Assembly: GCA_965224085.1 (NCBI GenBank) | Contig: CBDCYI010000011.1 | Location: 1,184,001 to 1,248,000 of the forward strand | DNA: 64,000 bases | Source: Candidatus Marinacidobacterales bacterium | Lineage (GTDB): Bacteria; Acidobacteriota; Vicinamibacteria; Marinacidobacterales; SMYC01 | Direction of reading: 5' to 3' | Part shown: one piece after another, positions 30,200-39,422 of the stretch | Layout of the letters: every line of letters starts with the position of its first letter | Position numbering within the stretch: position 1 is the stretch's first letter | The notes under the pieces: model-generated | Told to the model about the DNA's origin: nothing | What the model saw: only the letters and a program-made list of their open reading frames with translations | The model's database searches: none | Made by a program: the position numbers and the translations under genes

Positions 30200-31579
30200 T
30201 CAGACAAGGCAAGGTAGTCGGGACGGAGTGAGGTGAGGGACTGGTAGGGGAAAGCGCTCCAACAACAAGTGAAAACGAGGCCAGGTCATTCGGCGCTGAC
30301 TCCGCCGACGAAGGCTTCGAAACCACAACCGTGTCACCTCCTCAGAAAAGGATTGGAGAGAGCGGATGTTGCTGGGAAGTCCGTAGTACGCGTAGTGACC
30401 GCGCAGCACCTGGCAAAGCCAGCGATGCTGGACGGCGACTGGAGCATGCATACGTTGCTTCGCGCGAAGCCGTAGCGACTTGAGTTTGGCTCGTAGCCGC
30501 TGGCTCTGCGTTTTGCGCTTCACGACGAAACGGCCATCGCGGGTTCTCCCACAATAATGAGTGAAACCCAGGAAAGCGAACGTCGCACACCGCCGAAGGC
30601 CCCGTTGCTCGCGTGACAAGGAAGGTAATCTCCCGAACTCGAGCAAACGGGTCTTGTTCTCGTGGAGCGCAAGCCCGAATCGGGCTAGTCGCTCCTTGAG
30701 CGCTCTCATCATCCTGCTGGCATCGGTCCGATGCTGGAAGCCCATGACGAAGTCGTCAGCGTATCGCACGATGGAAATACGGCCTTGTGCTTCGAGCCGG
30801 CGCCATCGATGAACCCACAGATCTAGAACGTAGTGCAGAAAGACGTTAGCCAAGAGCGGGCTCACACCTGCCCCTTGCGGTGTCCCTTCAGTTGTCTCGC
30901 TCCACTCTCCTTTCTCCAGTACGCCGGCTCGCAACCACTGACGGATGAGTCGAAGGATGCGTTTGTCGGCGACCCGGTGCGAAAGCATCCGCATCAACCA
31001 CTCGTGGTCCACCGAGTCGAAGAACTTGCGGATGTCCGCGTCGAGAACCCAGTTCACGCGTTGCGTCATGAGCGCGGTGTGGAGCGCGTGCAACGCTTGG
31101 TGCGGGCTCCGTCCGGGCCGAAACCCGTACGAGAACCCGATGAAATCGACTTCGTAGACGGCGCTCAAAACCTCGGCTACCGCTCCTTGGACAATCTTGT
31201 CTTCCAGTGCGGGGATGCCAAGAGGGCGCTTTCCGCCATCCGACTTAGGAATGTACACGCGCCGCACCGGTAGTGGTCGGTAGCGACCGGCGTGTACCCG
31301 CGAGCAAAGATCCTTGATGTTGCTCACGAAGTTCTTCTCGTAATCGGCGACAGTCTCTCCGTCGACACCAGCGCTTGCGCTGCGCTTCAACCGACGAAAC
31401 GCTCGATAGAGCGCTTCGTGATCCACGTGATGCAGCAACGCAGTGAACCGAGCCTTTCTATCTCGCTTCGCTGCTTCGTTCACCCGCGTGAGATTTGGCG
31501 GTAAGGCGACCCGGCGCTGTGTCCGGACCTTAGCCCTCTCCCGTGGGTTCCCTCCAGGCCGATCCCTTCCCTCCACCAT
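30200..31579 (-). CDS. ltrA: Group II intron A reverse transcriptase/maturase (no endonuclease domain); start uncertain
   Basis: RPLGIP, SYGFRPGR, DADIRKFFD, GTPQG, RYADD and FLGF motifs plus domain X. Confidence 0.93.
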   Translation of the reverse strand: MVEGRDRPGGNPRERAKVRTQRRVALPPNLTRVNEAAKRDRKARFTALLHHVDHEALYRAFRRLKRSASAGVDGETVADYEKNFVSNIKDLCSRVHAGRYRPLPVRRVYIPKSDGGKRPLGIPALEDKIVQGAVAEVLSAVYEVDFIGFSYGFRPGRSPHQALHALHTALMTQRVNWVLDADIRKFFDSVDHEWLMRMLSHRVADKRILRLIRQWLRAGVLEKGEWSETTEGTPQGAGVSPLLANVFLHYVLDLWVHRWRRLEAQGRISIVRYADDFVMGFQHRTDASRMMRALKERLARFGLALHENKTRLLEFGRLPSLSREQRGLRRCATFAFLGFTHYCGRTRDGRFVVKRKTQSQRLRAKLKSLRLRAKQRMHAPVAVQHRWLCQVLRGHYAYYGLPSNIRSLQSFSEEVTRLWFRSLRRRSQRRMTWPRFHLLLERFPLPVPHLTPSRLPCLV

Positions 31580-31606
31580 CTCGTTGCCTTCGATAGCTTC
31601 CTCAGT

Positions 31607-33639
31607 GTCGGGTCGGAGGGGGCGCACCGCAGCGCTGACCCCCGTCCGCCGCTCAAACCGGACATACAGTTTTCCCGTATCCGGCTTTCACAAAGGTTGG
31701 ATTATTCATCGCGGCTTGATGGAAGGAATCAGGAAGACAAAGCGTACGAGGCCCATCTCATCGTAGAGCTGACGCTCCGGGAGCTGCTTCCACCCCCGAC
31801 AGCGCCAGCGTTTGAACCGATGCGACCAGATACGTCGCAGGATCCAACGATCGAGACGCGCGAAGAGCTTGCGGACGTGAGCTTTATGATAGTAAAGACC
31901 CCAACCGCGAATAACCGGGTTGATCTCGTCGATTAGCTGCTGCGTACTCACAGGAGCTTTGCGACAGGTCCGTCGCCGAATCTGATCCTTGAAGTGCTGG
32001 AGCGACTTCTGTCGAGGGTACGCGTACAGGTCACCCTTGCGGACACCCGTACGGATCTTGTGTGAGGGTAGGGCCAAAGGGCGACTACCCCGCTTGATCT
32101 TGTATCCCAAGAACTCGAAGCCGTGTGCAACGTGAACGATACGAGTCTTCTCCACGTTCAAGGTTACACCCAACGTCGTAAGGATCATCCGGGCTTCGGC
32201 CAGCACCTTCTGGGCCTCTGCCTTGGTGCAGCATGTCACGACCCAGTCGTCGGCATACCGCGTCAGGCGATAGCCACGATGGCGCATCTCCCGATCAAAC
32301 GGAGTCAAAAGGACGTTACTTAAGATCGGTGAGACCACACCGCCTTGCGGTGCACCTTGCTCGGTCGGGAGCCGTCTCCCCTCCGCCATGCAGCCTGCTT
32401 TGAGCATGCTGCGAATAAGACGAAGGACGCGACCATCCGACACTCGCTTGGCAACAAGAGCGAGGAGCTTCTCATGGTCCACAGTCCCAAAGAAATTGGA
32501 AAGATCCGCATCCACGATCCACTCGTAACCCTCTTCGATCTCTTGCCAGATCTTGCGTAAAGCATCCTTTGTCGATCTTCCTCGTCGATATCCGAAGCTG
32601 GCGGCATCGAACACCTGCTCGAAGATCGGTTCCAACCGGTTCTGCAGTGCCTGCTGACACACGCGGTCATAAACGGCCGGAATGCCGAGCGGGCGGAACT
32701 TTCCCGGTTGTCCAGCCTTGGGAATGAGTTTCTGCCGAACAGGTAGTGGACGATAGGCATCGGTCTTGAGCTCCTCATGGAGTCGGTTGAGGTGCGCATC
32801 AAGCTGCTCCTCAAACTCGTCCAGAGTTTGTCCATCGATGCCACCGGCACCCTTGTTCCGCTTCACTCGGTTCCAGGCCAGCTCCAAGTTCTTCCGCTTG
32901 TATATCTTGTCCACCAGAGAGTGGACCTTCCTCTCACCCGTTGGGTTCAACCAGGCCGACAGTTTCCTCGGACGATCACTTCTGGGTCTTTCACTAAAGG
33001 AACTTATCCGCGTCATCGCCCTTACTCGTCTGTCATCCTTGTTGTCACCAACCACCTTTGCCAGCCCCCTTCCCCAGCCCACTCGGCTGCCGATCTCTCG
33101 ATCACACGACTTTCACCGCGCTTCAGGTACTATTGGGCTGTCCGACGACTCACCCGGCTTCACTTCCCATTTCGCTCTCGCTTATAGGGTCGCTTATCCC
33201 GACGCCACTCGGGAACCCAATGAGCCCTCCTGGGGTCACGTCCAGATCTTCCGTACCGTGCCGTCCGCAAACACCTTGATTCGGTGGGTGAATGAGAACG
33301 CCTTCGCCTCCATAGTGCAGGCTCGACCTTGCCCCACCTTTGGCCGACCGGTTCATCAACGGGGTCGCCCCCTCGATTACGGCCCGGTACTGCTCCGCAT
33401 ACCCTTCAGATTCCACCTCGCGGTGGACACCCTGTCCTCCAGTTGTCCAGTGGACAGAACCCGAACTTAGGTACATCCCCTTGGCAGTAGCCATCGTTTC
33501 CAACTTCGTGCCCGTTTAGGGTTCTCCTTATCCGCGTTCCCCGGCCAGCGAGGCGTTACCCCCGCTTTTGGATATGGCGCTCCTCATCCGAGCACCAGAG
33601 GGACTTCAACCTTCCTGATCTGGACGCTGCCCAGCACAC
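31607..33639 (-). mobile_element. Group II intron B (inner, class F-like, tentative), left copy
   Basis: 5' GTGTG at 33639 and 3' ...CCGACCCGAC at 31607; mirror image of 35878-37910. Confidence 0.92.
31706..33016 (-). CDS. ltrA: Group II intron B reverse transcriptase/maturase (no endonuclease domain)
   Basis: RPLGIP, SFGYRRGR, DADLSNFF, GAPQGG and RYADD motifs; INPVIRGW..YY in domain X. Confidence 0.94.
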   Translation of the reverse strand: MTRISSFSERPRSDRPRKLSAWLNPTGERKVHSLVDKIYKRKNLELAWNRVKRNKGAGGIDGQTLDEFEEQLDAHLNRLHEELKTDAYRPLPVRQKLIPKAGQPGKFRPLGIPAVYDRVCQQALQNRLEPIFEQVFDAASFGYRRGRSTKDALRKIWQEIEEGYEWIVDADLSNFFGTVDHEKLLALVAKRVSDGRVLRLIRSMLKAGCMAEGRRLPTEQGAPQGGVVSPILSNVLLTPFDREMRHRGYRLTRYADDWVVTCCTKAEAQKVLAEARMILTTLGVTLNVEKTRIVHVAHGFEFLGYKIKRGSRPLALPSHKIRTGVRKGDLYAYPRQKSLQHFKDQIRRRTCRKAPVSTQQLIDEINPVIRGWGLYYHKAHVRKLFARLDRWILRRIWSHRFKRWRCRGWKQLPERQLYDEMGLVRFVFLIPSIKPR

Positions 33640-34134
33640 ACTATGAATCGGTCCGACTTCCGGCCTCAGCTCAGCACCGCGCTTCGGTTTTCCCTTGCGC
33701 GACGCCCCCATCGGTGACCATTCCGATGGACCCGGCCGGACCTCCTGGGTCCCGAAAGGAACTCTTCGTACGTGATGTGGTCCACGACCCCGGCGGAGCG
33801 TAACCATCTCGCGATAGCGATGGCCCACATGCTGCCTTCATTGACGGGAATCAACTCGGCCTTCCGCGATATTCAGCATTTCGAGGCTACATTCACACAC
33901 CCTGCACGACCCCTGTCTACGCTTCGGACCCCGCGTTGCCACGACGCCCGCAAGACTCGGTCCCGACCTGTCCGCTACGACTTTTGGTCGGATTGGACTT
34001 CCACCCATAGGCTCCTTTCAGTTAGCCCAGCGCACTCCCGCCGGCTGTTGAATTTGGGGTAGCGGCGGCTCCTTGGCCGGCCTAAGAATAGGTCTGCCAA
34101 ACAACCGTCTCCAGAGGGGGACAAGGAGCCACCA

Positions 34135-35430
34135 ATGCCTAGGAAATCAAAGAAGCCAGTAAGAAAGCAAACGCACTCGCCTACGGGCAAGGTAGTTGGC
34201 CAAGCCGGTCAGATACTGCTACCGATGATAGCTGGGATCGCGGCCACGAAGGCGGATCTGACGGAATGGGTGTACGAGCAAGGACTGACAGCTCTGCACC
34301 TACTGCTCAGAGAGGACGCCGAGGAGGTCGCGGGGCTCAAGGGCAAGCACGAGAAGGAGCGAACTCATAACCACTGGGGGAGCACGAACGGAGAGCTGAG
34401 CTTCGGTGGTCGTCGCATCCAAGTGTCGCGACCTCGAGTGCGTTCGAAGTCTGGTGAGGAGGCGTCGCTTCCACACTTCGAAGCCTTCCGCGAAGAAGAC
34501 CCGCTTCCAGAGCGAGTGTTGAATCAGATCTTGGTGGGGGTATCGACCCGAAATTACGAACGGAGTCTGGACAAACCCGCGGCCAAGTTGAAGTCTCGTG
34601 GCACGAGCAAGAGTGCCGCCAGCCGTCACCTCGTAAGCCAGACGACGAAGAAGCTCGAGCAATACCTGTCTCGGCGGCTAGAGGAGTACGAACTTGCGGC
34701 ACTGATGATGGATGGCCTTGAGGTGGCCGGCCAGACCGTCGTCGTAACTCTCGGTATCACAATAGATGGAACGAAGGTGCCCCTGGGTATATGGCTGGGC
34801 TCGACGGAAAACTCTCGGGTGTGCACCGCGATGTTGCAGGACCTTCTCGAGCGAGGCTTGCGCGTCGATGAGTCGATTCTCTGTGTAGTGGACGGAGGCA
34901 AAGGTATCCGCAAGGCACTCGTCGACGTGTTGGGGGATCTCGCGGTCATCCAAAGGTGCCAGATCCATAAACTCCGAAATCTTCGCTCGTACCTTCCCAA
35001 GTCTCGTCACGCCTACGTGCTCCAGACGATGAAGAAAGCCTACAAGTGCAAGAGTGCCGACAAGGCGCGCAAGCGACTTCAGGCATTGGTGTCGTGGCTC
35101 GAGCGAAACAGCCACGATGAAGCTGCCGGAAGCCTTCGCGAAGGGATGGAAGAGACGCTCACGGTCGTGAAGCTCGCTCTGCCCGAGTTACTTCGCCAGT
35201 CTCTTGCCACGACGAACGCCATTGAGAATCTCAACGGAACCATTCGAAGAGTATCGAGAAACGTCAAGCGTTGGAAGAGTCCTTCGATGGTTCGCCGATG
35301 GACCGCTCTCGGCGTCGTCACGGCGGAGAAGAAGTTCCGGCGTATCAAAGGCTATCGCCATATGGGCGCTCTCGTTCACGCGCTTAGAAGCAAACAGAAA
35401 TCTCTTGACAGCGATGAGTTTGCTGCCTAA
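34135..35430 (+). CDS. IS256-family (Mutator-like) DDE transposase
   Basis: GVSTR.Y, LMMDG, VVDGGKG, QRCQIHK.RN and TTNAIE.LN..IRR; AAGGAG RBS. Confidence 0.95.
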   Translation: MPRKSKKPVRKQTHSPTGKVVGQAGQILLPMIAGIAATKADLTEWVYEQGLTALHLLLREDAEEVAGLKGKHEKERTHNHWGSTNGELSFGGRRIQVSRPRVRSKSGEEASLPHFEAFREEDPLPERVLNQILVGVSTRNYERSLDKPAAKLKSRGTSKSAASRHLVSQTTKKLEQYLSRRLEEYELAALMMDGLEVAGQTVVVTLGITIDGTKVPLGIWLGSTENSRVCTAMLQDLLERGLRVDESILCVVDGGKGIRKALVDVLGDLAVIQRCQIHKLRNLRSYLPKSRHAYVLQTMKKAYKCKSADKARKRLQALVSWLERNSHDEAAGSLREGMEETLTVVKLALPELLRQSLATTNAIENLNGTIRRVSRNVKRWKSPSMVRRWTALGVVTAEKKFRRIKGYRHMGALVHALRSKQKSLDSDEFAA

Positions 35431-35877
35431 GAGTATTCACAGGTGCCGCCGCTACCCGACCAAATTCAACAGCCGCCGGGAGTGCGCTGGGCTAACTGAA
35501 AGGAGCCTATGGGTGGAAGTCCAATCCGACCAAAAGTCGTAGCGGACAGGTCGGGACCGAGTCTTGCGGGCGTCGTGGCAACGCGGGGTCCGAAGCGTAG
35601 ACAGGGGTCGTGCAGGGTGTGTGAATGTAGCCTCGAAATGCTGAATATCGCGGAAGGCCGAGTTGATTCCCGTCAATGAAGGCAGCATGTGGGCCATCGC
35701 TATCGCGAGATGGTTACGCTCCGCCGGGGTCGTGGACCACATCACGTACGAAGAGTTCCTTTCGGGACCCAGGAGGTCCGGCCGGGTCCATCGGAATGGT
35801 CACCGATGGGGGCGTCGCGCAAGGGAAAACCGAAGCGCGGTGCTGAGCTGAGGCCGGAAGTCGGACCGATTCATAGT

Positions 35878-37910
35878 GTGTGCTGGGCAGCGTCCAGATC
35901 AGGAAGGTTGAAGTCCCTCTGGTGCTCGGATGAGGAGCGCCATATCCAAAAGCGGGGGTAACGCCTCGCTGGCCGGGGAACGCGGATAAGGAGAACCCTA
36001 AACGGGCACGAAGTTGGAAACGATGGCTACTGCCAAGGGGATGTACCTAAGTTCGGGTTCTGTCCACTGGACAACTGGAGGACAGGGTGTCCACCGCGAG
36101 GTGGAATCTGAAGGGTATGCGGAGCAGTACCGGGCCGTAATCGAGGGGGCGACCCCGTTGATGAACCGGTCGGCCAAAGGTGGGGCAAGGTCGAGCCTGC
36201 ACTATGGAGGCGAAGGCGTTCTCATTCACCCACCGAATCAAGGTGTTTGCGGACGGCACGGTACGGAAGATCTGGACGTGACCCCAGGAGGGCTCATTGG
36301 GTTCCCGAGTGGCGTCGGGATAAGCGACCCTATAAGCGAGAGCGAAATGGGAAGTGAAGCCGGGTGAGTCGTCGGACAGCCCAATAGTACCTGAAGCGCG
36401 GTGAAAGTCGTGTGATCGAGAGATCGGCAGCCGAGTGGGCTGGGGAAGGGGGCTGGCAAAGGTGGTTGGTGACAACAAGGATGACAGACGAGTAAGGGCG
36501 ATGACGCGGATAAGTTCCTTTAGTGAAAGACCCAGAAGTGATCGTCCGAGGAAACTGTCGGCCTGGTTGAACCCAACGGGTGAGAGGAAGGTCCACTCTC
36601 TGGTGGACAAGATATACAAGCGGAAGAACTTGGAGCTGGCCTGGAACCGAGTGAAGCGGAACAAGGGTGCCGGTGGCATCGATGGACAAACTCTGGACGA
36701 GTTTGAGGAGCAGCTTGATGCGCACCTCAACCGACTCCATGAGGAGCTCAAGACCGATGCCTATCGTCCACTACCTGTTCGGCAGAAACTCATTCCCAAG
36801 GCTGGACAACCGGGAAAGTTCCGCCCGCTCGGCATTCCGGCCGTTTATGACCGCGTGTGTCAGCAGGCACTGCAGAACCGGTTGGAACCGATCTTCGAGC
36901 AGGTGTTCGATGCCGCCAGCTTCGGATATCGACGAGGAAGATCGACAAAGGATGCTTTACGCAAGATCTGGCAAGAGATCGAAGAGGGTTACGAGTGGAT
37001 CGTGGATGCGGATCTTTCCAATTTCTTTGGGACTGTGGACCATGAGAAGCTCCTCGCTCTTGTTGCCAAGCGAGTGTCGGATGGTCGCGTCCTTCGTCTT
37101 ATTCGCAGCATGCTCAAAGCAGGCTGCATGGCGGAGGGGAGACGGCTCCCGACCGAGCAAGGTGCACCGCAAGGCGGTGTGGTCTCACCGATCTTAAGTA
37201 ACGTCCTTTTGACTCCGTTTGATCGGGAGATGCGCCATCGTGGCTATCGCCTGACGCGGTATGCCGACGACTGGGTCGTGACATGCTGCACCAAGGCAGA
37301 GGCCCAGAAGGTGCTGGCCGAAGCCCGGATGATCCTTACGACGTTGGGTGTAACCTTGAACGTGGAGAAGACTCGTATCGTTCACGTTGCACACGGCTTC
37401 GAGTTCTTGGGATACAAGATCAAGCGGGGTAGTCGCCCTTTGGCCCTACCCTCACACAAGATCCGTACGGGTGTCCGCAAGGGTGACCTGTACGCGTACC
37501 CTCGACAGAAGTCGCTCCAGCACTTCAAGGATCAGATTCGGCGACGGACCTGTCGCAAAGCTCCTGTGAGTACGCAGCAGCTAATCGACGAGATCAACCC
37601 GGTTATTCGCGGTTGGGGTCTTTACTATCATAAAGCTCACGTCCGCAAGCTCTTCGCGCGTCTCGATCGTTGGATCCTGCGACGTATCTGGTCGCATCGG
37701 TTCAAACGCTGGCGCTGTCGGGGGTGGAAGCAGCTCCCGGAGCGTCAGCTCTACGATGAGATGGGCCTCGTACGCTTTGTCTTCCTGATTCCTTCCATCA
37801 AGCCGCGATGAATAATCCAACCTTTGTGAAAGCCGGATACGGGAAAACTGTATGTCCGGTTTGAGCGGCGGACGGGGGTCAGCGCTGCGGTGCGCCCCCT
37901 CCGACCCGAC
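35878..37910 (+). mobile_element. Group II intron B (inner), right copy, inserted in domain III of intron A
   Basis: 5' GTGTG after ...ATTCATAGT. EBS1 ACTATG (36201-36206) is the exact complement of CATAGT. D5 AAGCCGGATACGGGAAAACTGTATGTCCGGTTT; 3' ...CCCGAC, followed by ACTGAGGAAG. Confidence 0.93.
36501..37811 (+). CDS. ltrA: Group II intron B reverse transcriptase/maturase
   Basis: Translation identical to 31706-33016; YADD motif. Confidence 0.94.
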   Translation: MTRISSFSERPRSDRPRKLSAWLNPTGERKVHSLVDKIYKRKNLELAWNRVKRNKGAGGIDGQTLDEFEEQLDAHLNRLHEELKTDAYRPLPVRQKLIPKAGQPGKFRPLGIPAVYDRVCQQALQNRLEPIFEQVFDAASFGYRRGRSTKDALRKIWQEIEEGYEWIVDADLSNFFGTVDHEKLLALVAKRVSDGRVLRLIRSMLKAGCMAEGRRLPTEQGAPQGGVVSPILSNVLLTPFDREMRHRGYRLTRYADDWVVTCCTKAEAQKVLAEARMILTTLGVTLNVEKTRIVHVAHGFEFLGYKIKRGSRPLALPSHKIRTGVRKGDLYAYPRQKSLQHFKDQIRRRTCRKAPVSTQQLIDEINPVIRGWGLYYHKAHVRKLFARLDRWILRRIWSHRFKRWRCRGWKQLPERQLYDEMGLVRFVFLIPSIKPR

Positions 37911-37937
37911 ACTGAGGAAGCTATCGAAGGCAACGAG

Positions 37938-39317
37938 ATGGTGGAGGGAAGGGATCGGCCTGGAGGGAACCCACGGGAGAGGGCTAAGGTCCGGACACAG
38001 CGCCGGGTCGCCTTACCGCCAAATCTCACGCGGGTGAACGAAGCAGCGAAGCGAGATAGAAAGGCTCGGTTCACTGCGTTGCTGCATCACGTGGATCACG
38101 AAGCGCTCTATCGAGCGTTTCGTCGGTTGAAGCGCAGCGCAAGCGCTGGTGTCGACGGAGAGACTGTCGCCGATTACGAGAAGAACTTCGTGAGCAACAT
38201 CAAGGATCTTTGCTCGCGGGTACACGCCGGTCGCTACCGACCACTACCGGTGCGGCGCGTGTACATTCCTAAGTCGGATGGCGGAAAGCGCCCTCTTGGC
38301 ATCCCCGCACTGGAAGACAAGATTGTCCAAGGAGCGGTAGCCGAGGTTTTGAGCGCCGTCTACGAAGTCGATTTCATCGGGTTCTCGTACGGGTTTCGGC
38401 CCGGACGGAGCCCGCACCAAGCGTTGCACGCGCTCCACACCGCGCTCATGACGCAACGCGTGAACTGGGTTCTCGACGCGGACATCCGCAAGTTCTTCGA
38501 CTCGGTGGACCACGAGTGGTTGATGCGGATGCTTTCGCACCGGGTCGCCGACAAACGCATCCTTCGACTCATCCGTCAGTGGTTGCGAGCCGGCGTACTG
38601 GAGAAAGGAGAGTGGAGCGAGACAACTGAAGGGACACCGCAAGGGGCAGGTGTGAGCCCGCTCTTGGCTAACGTCTTTCTGCACTACGTTCTAGATCTGT
38701 GGGTTCATCGATGGCGCCGGCTCGAAGCACAAGGCCGTATTTCCATCGTGCGATACGCTGACGACTTCGTCATGGGCTTCCAGCATCGGACCGATGCCAG
38801 CAGGATGATGAGAGCGCTCAAGGAGCGACTAGCCCGATTCGGGCTTGCGCTCCACGAGAACAAGACCCGTTTGCTCGAGTTCGGGAGATTACCTTCCTTG
38901 TCACGCGAGCAACGGGGCCTTCGGCGGTGTGCGACGTTCGCTTTCCTGGGTTTCACTCATTATTGTGGGAGAACCCGCGATGGCCGTTTCGTCGTGAAGC
39001 GCAAAACGCAGAGCCAGCGGCTACGAGCCAAACTCAAGTCGCTACGGCTTCGCGCGAAGCAACGTATGCATGCTCCAGTCGCCGTCCAGCATCGCTGGCT
39101 TTGCCAGGTGCTGCGCGGTCACTACGCGTACTACGGACTTCCCAGCAACATCCGCTCTCTCCAATCCTTTTCTGAGGAGGTGACACGGTTGTGGTTTCGA
39201 AGCCTTCGTCGGCGGAGTCAGCGCCGAATGACCTGGCCTCGTTTTCACTTGTTGTTGGAGCGCTTTCCCCTACCAGTCCCTCACCTCACTCCGTCCCGAC
39301 TACCTTGCCTTGTCTGA
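37938..39317 (+). CDS. ltrA: Group II intron A reverse transcriptase/maturase; start could be 37938 or 38034
   Basis: Translation identical to the left copy; YADD motif. Confidence 0.93.
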   Translation: MVEGRDRPGGNPRERAKVRTQRRVALPPNLTRVNEAAKRDRKARFTALLHHVDHEALYRAFRRLKRSASAGVDGETVADYEKNFVSNIKDLCSRVHAGRYRPLPVRRVYIPKSDGGKRPLGIPALEDKIVQGAVAEVLSAVYEVDFIGFSYGFRPGRSPHQALHALHTALMTQRVNWVLDADIRKFFDSVDHEWLMRMLSHRVADKRILRLIRQWLRAGVLEKGEWSETTEGTPQGAGVSPLLANVFLHYVLDLWVHRWRRLEAQGRISIVRYADDFVMGFQHRTDASRMMRALKERLARFGLALHENKTRLLEFGRLPSLSREQRGLRRCATFAFLGFTHYCGRTRDGRFVVKRKTQSQRLRAKLKSLRLRAKQRMHAPVAVQHRWLCQVLRGHYAYYGLPSNIRSLQSFSEEVTRLWFRSLRRRSQRRMTWPRFHLLLERFPLPVPHLTPSRLPCLV

Positions 39318-39422
39318 TTTCGGGTATACCTTCAGGAGGAGCCGAGTGCGGGAAAGCCGCACGCTCGGATCTGTGAGGGCGAAAGCCGAATGGCTGAGCT
39401 ACTCGACCATCCCCCTCACGGA

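Larger units (their letters stand above)
30110..34035 (-). mobile_element. Group II intron A (outer, class E-like), left copy, containing intron B
   Basis: 5' GTGCG at 34035, D5 and D6 ending ...CTACTCGAC at 30110; mirror image of 35482-39407. Confidence 0.93.
35482..39407 (+). mobile_element. Group II intron A (outer, class E-like), right copy; own sequence 35482-35877 plus 37911-39407
   Basis: 5' GTGCG; EBS1 loop TTGA-TTCCCG-TCAA (35663-35676); D5 GAGCCGAGTGCGGGAAAGCCGCACGCTCGGATC; 3' end CTACTCGAC. Confidence 0.94.
30103..39414 (+). mobile_element. IS256-family element (1460 bp native) with a twintron in each TIR; 8-bp TSD CTCACGGA
   Basis: TSD at 30095-30102 and 39415-39422. Reconstructed ends are GGGGATG|TCCCGCCGGCTGTTGAATTT and AAATTCAACAGCCGCCGGGA|CATCCCC. 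Core at 34036-35481. Confidence 0.93.

Noticed and set aside
37890-37937. ORF-track start of the 475-aa RT (and its mirror at 31627)
   Set aside because: The GTG lies in domain VI of the inner intron and disappears on splicing, so the real start must be downstream. The 458-aa ORF start at 36435 likewise lies in ribozyme D3; 36501 is preferred.
30200-39317. Four RT genes as a DGR, retron, Abi-RT or CRISPR-associated RT system
   Set aside because: All have domain X and YADD and sit inside recognisable GTGYG...D5-D6-AC ribozyme boundaries. I saw no TR/VR pair, msr-msd or cas genes.
30103-39414. Giant inverted repeat as a pure fold-back sequencing or assembly artefact
   Set aside because: The outer flanks are the two in-frame halves of one gene with an exact 8-bp TSD, and the inner TIR halves differ from each other as real left and right IS ends do. 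A fold-back would mirror the flanks as well. Read-level confirmation is still advisable.
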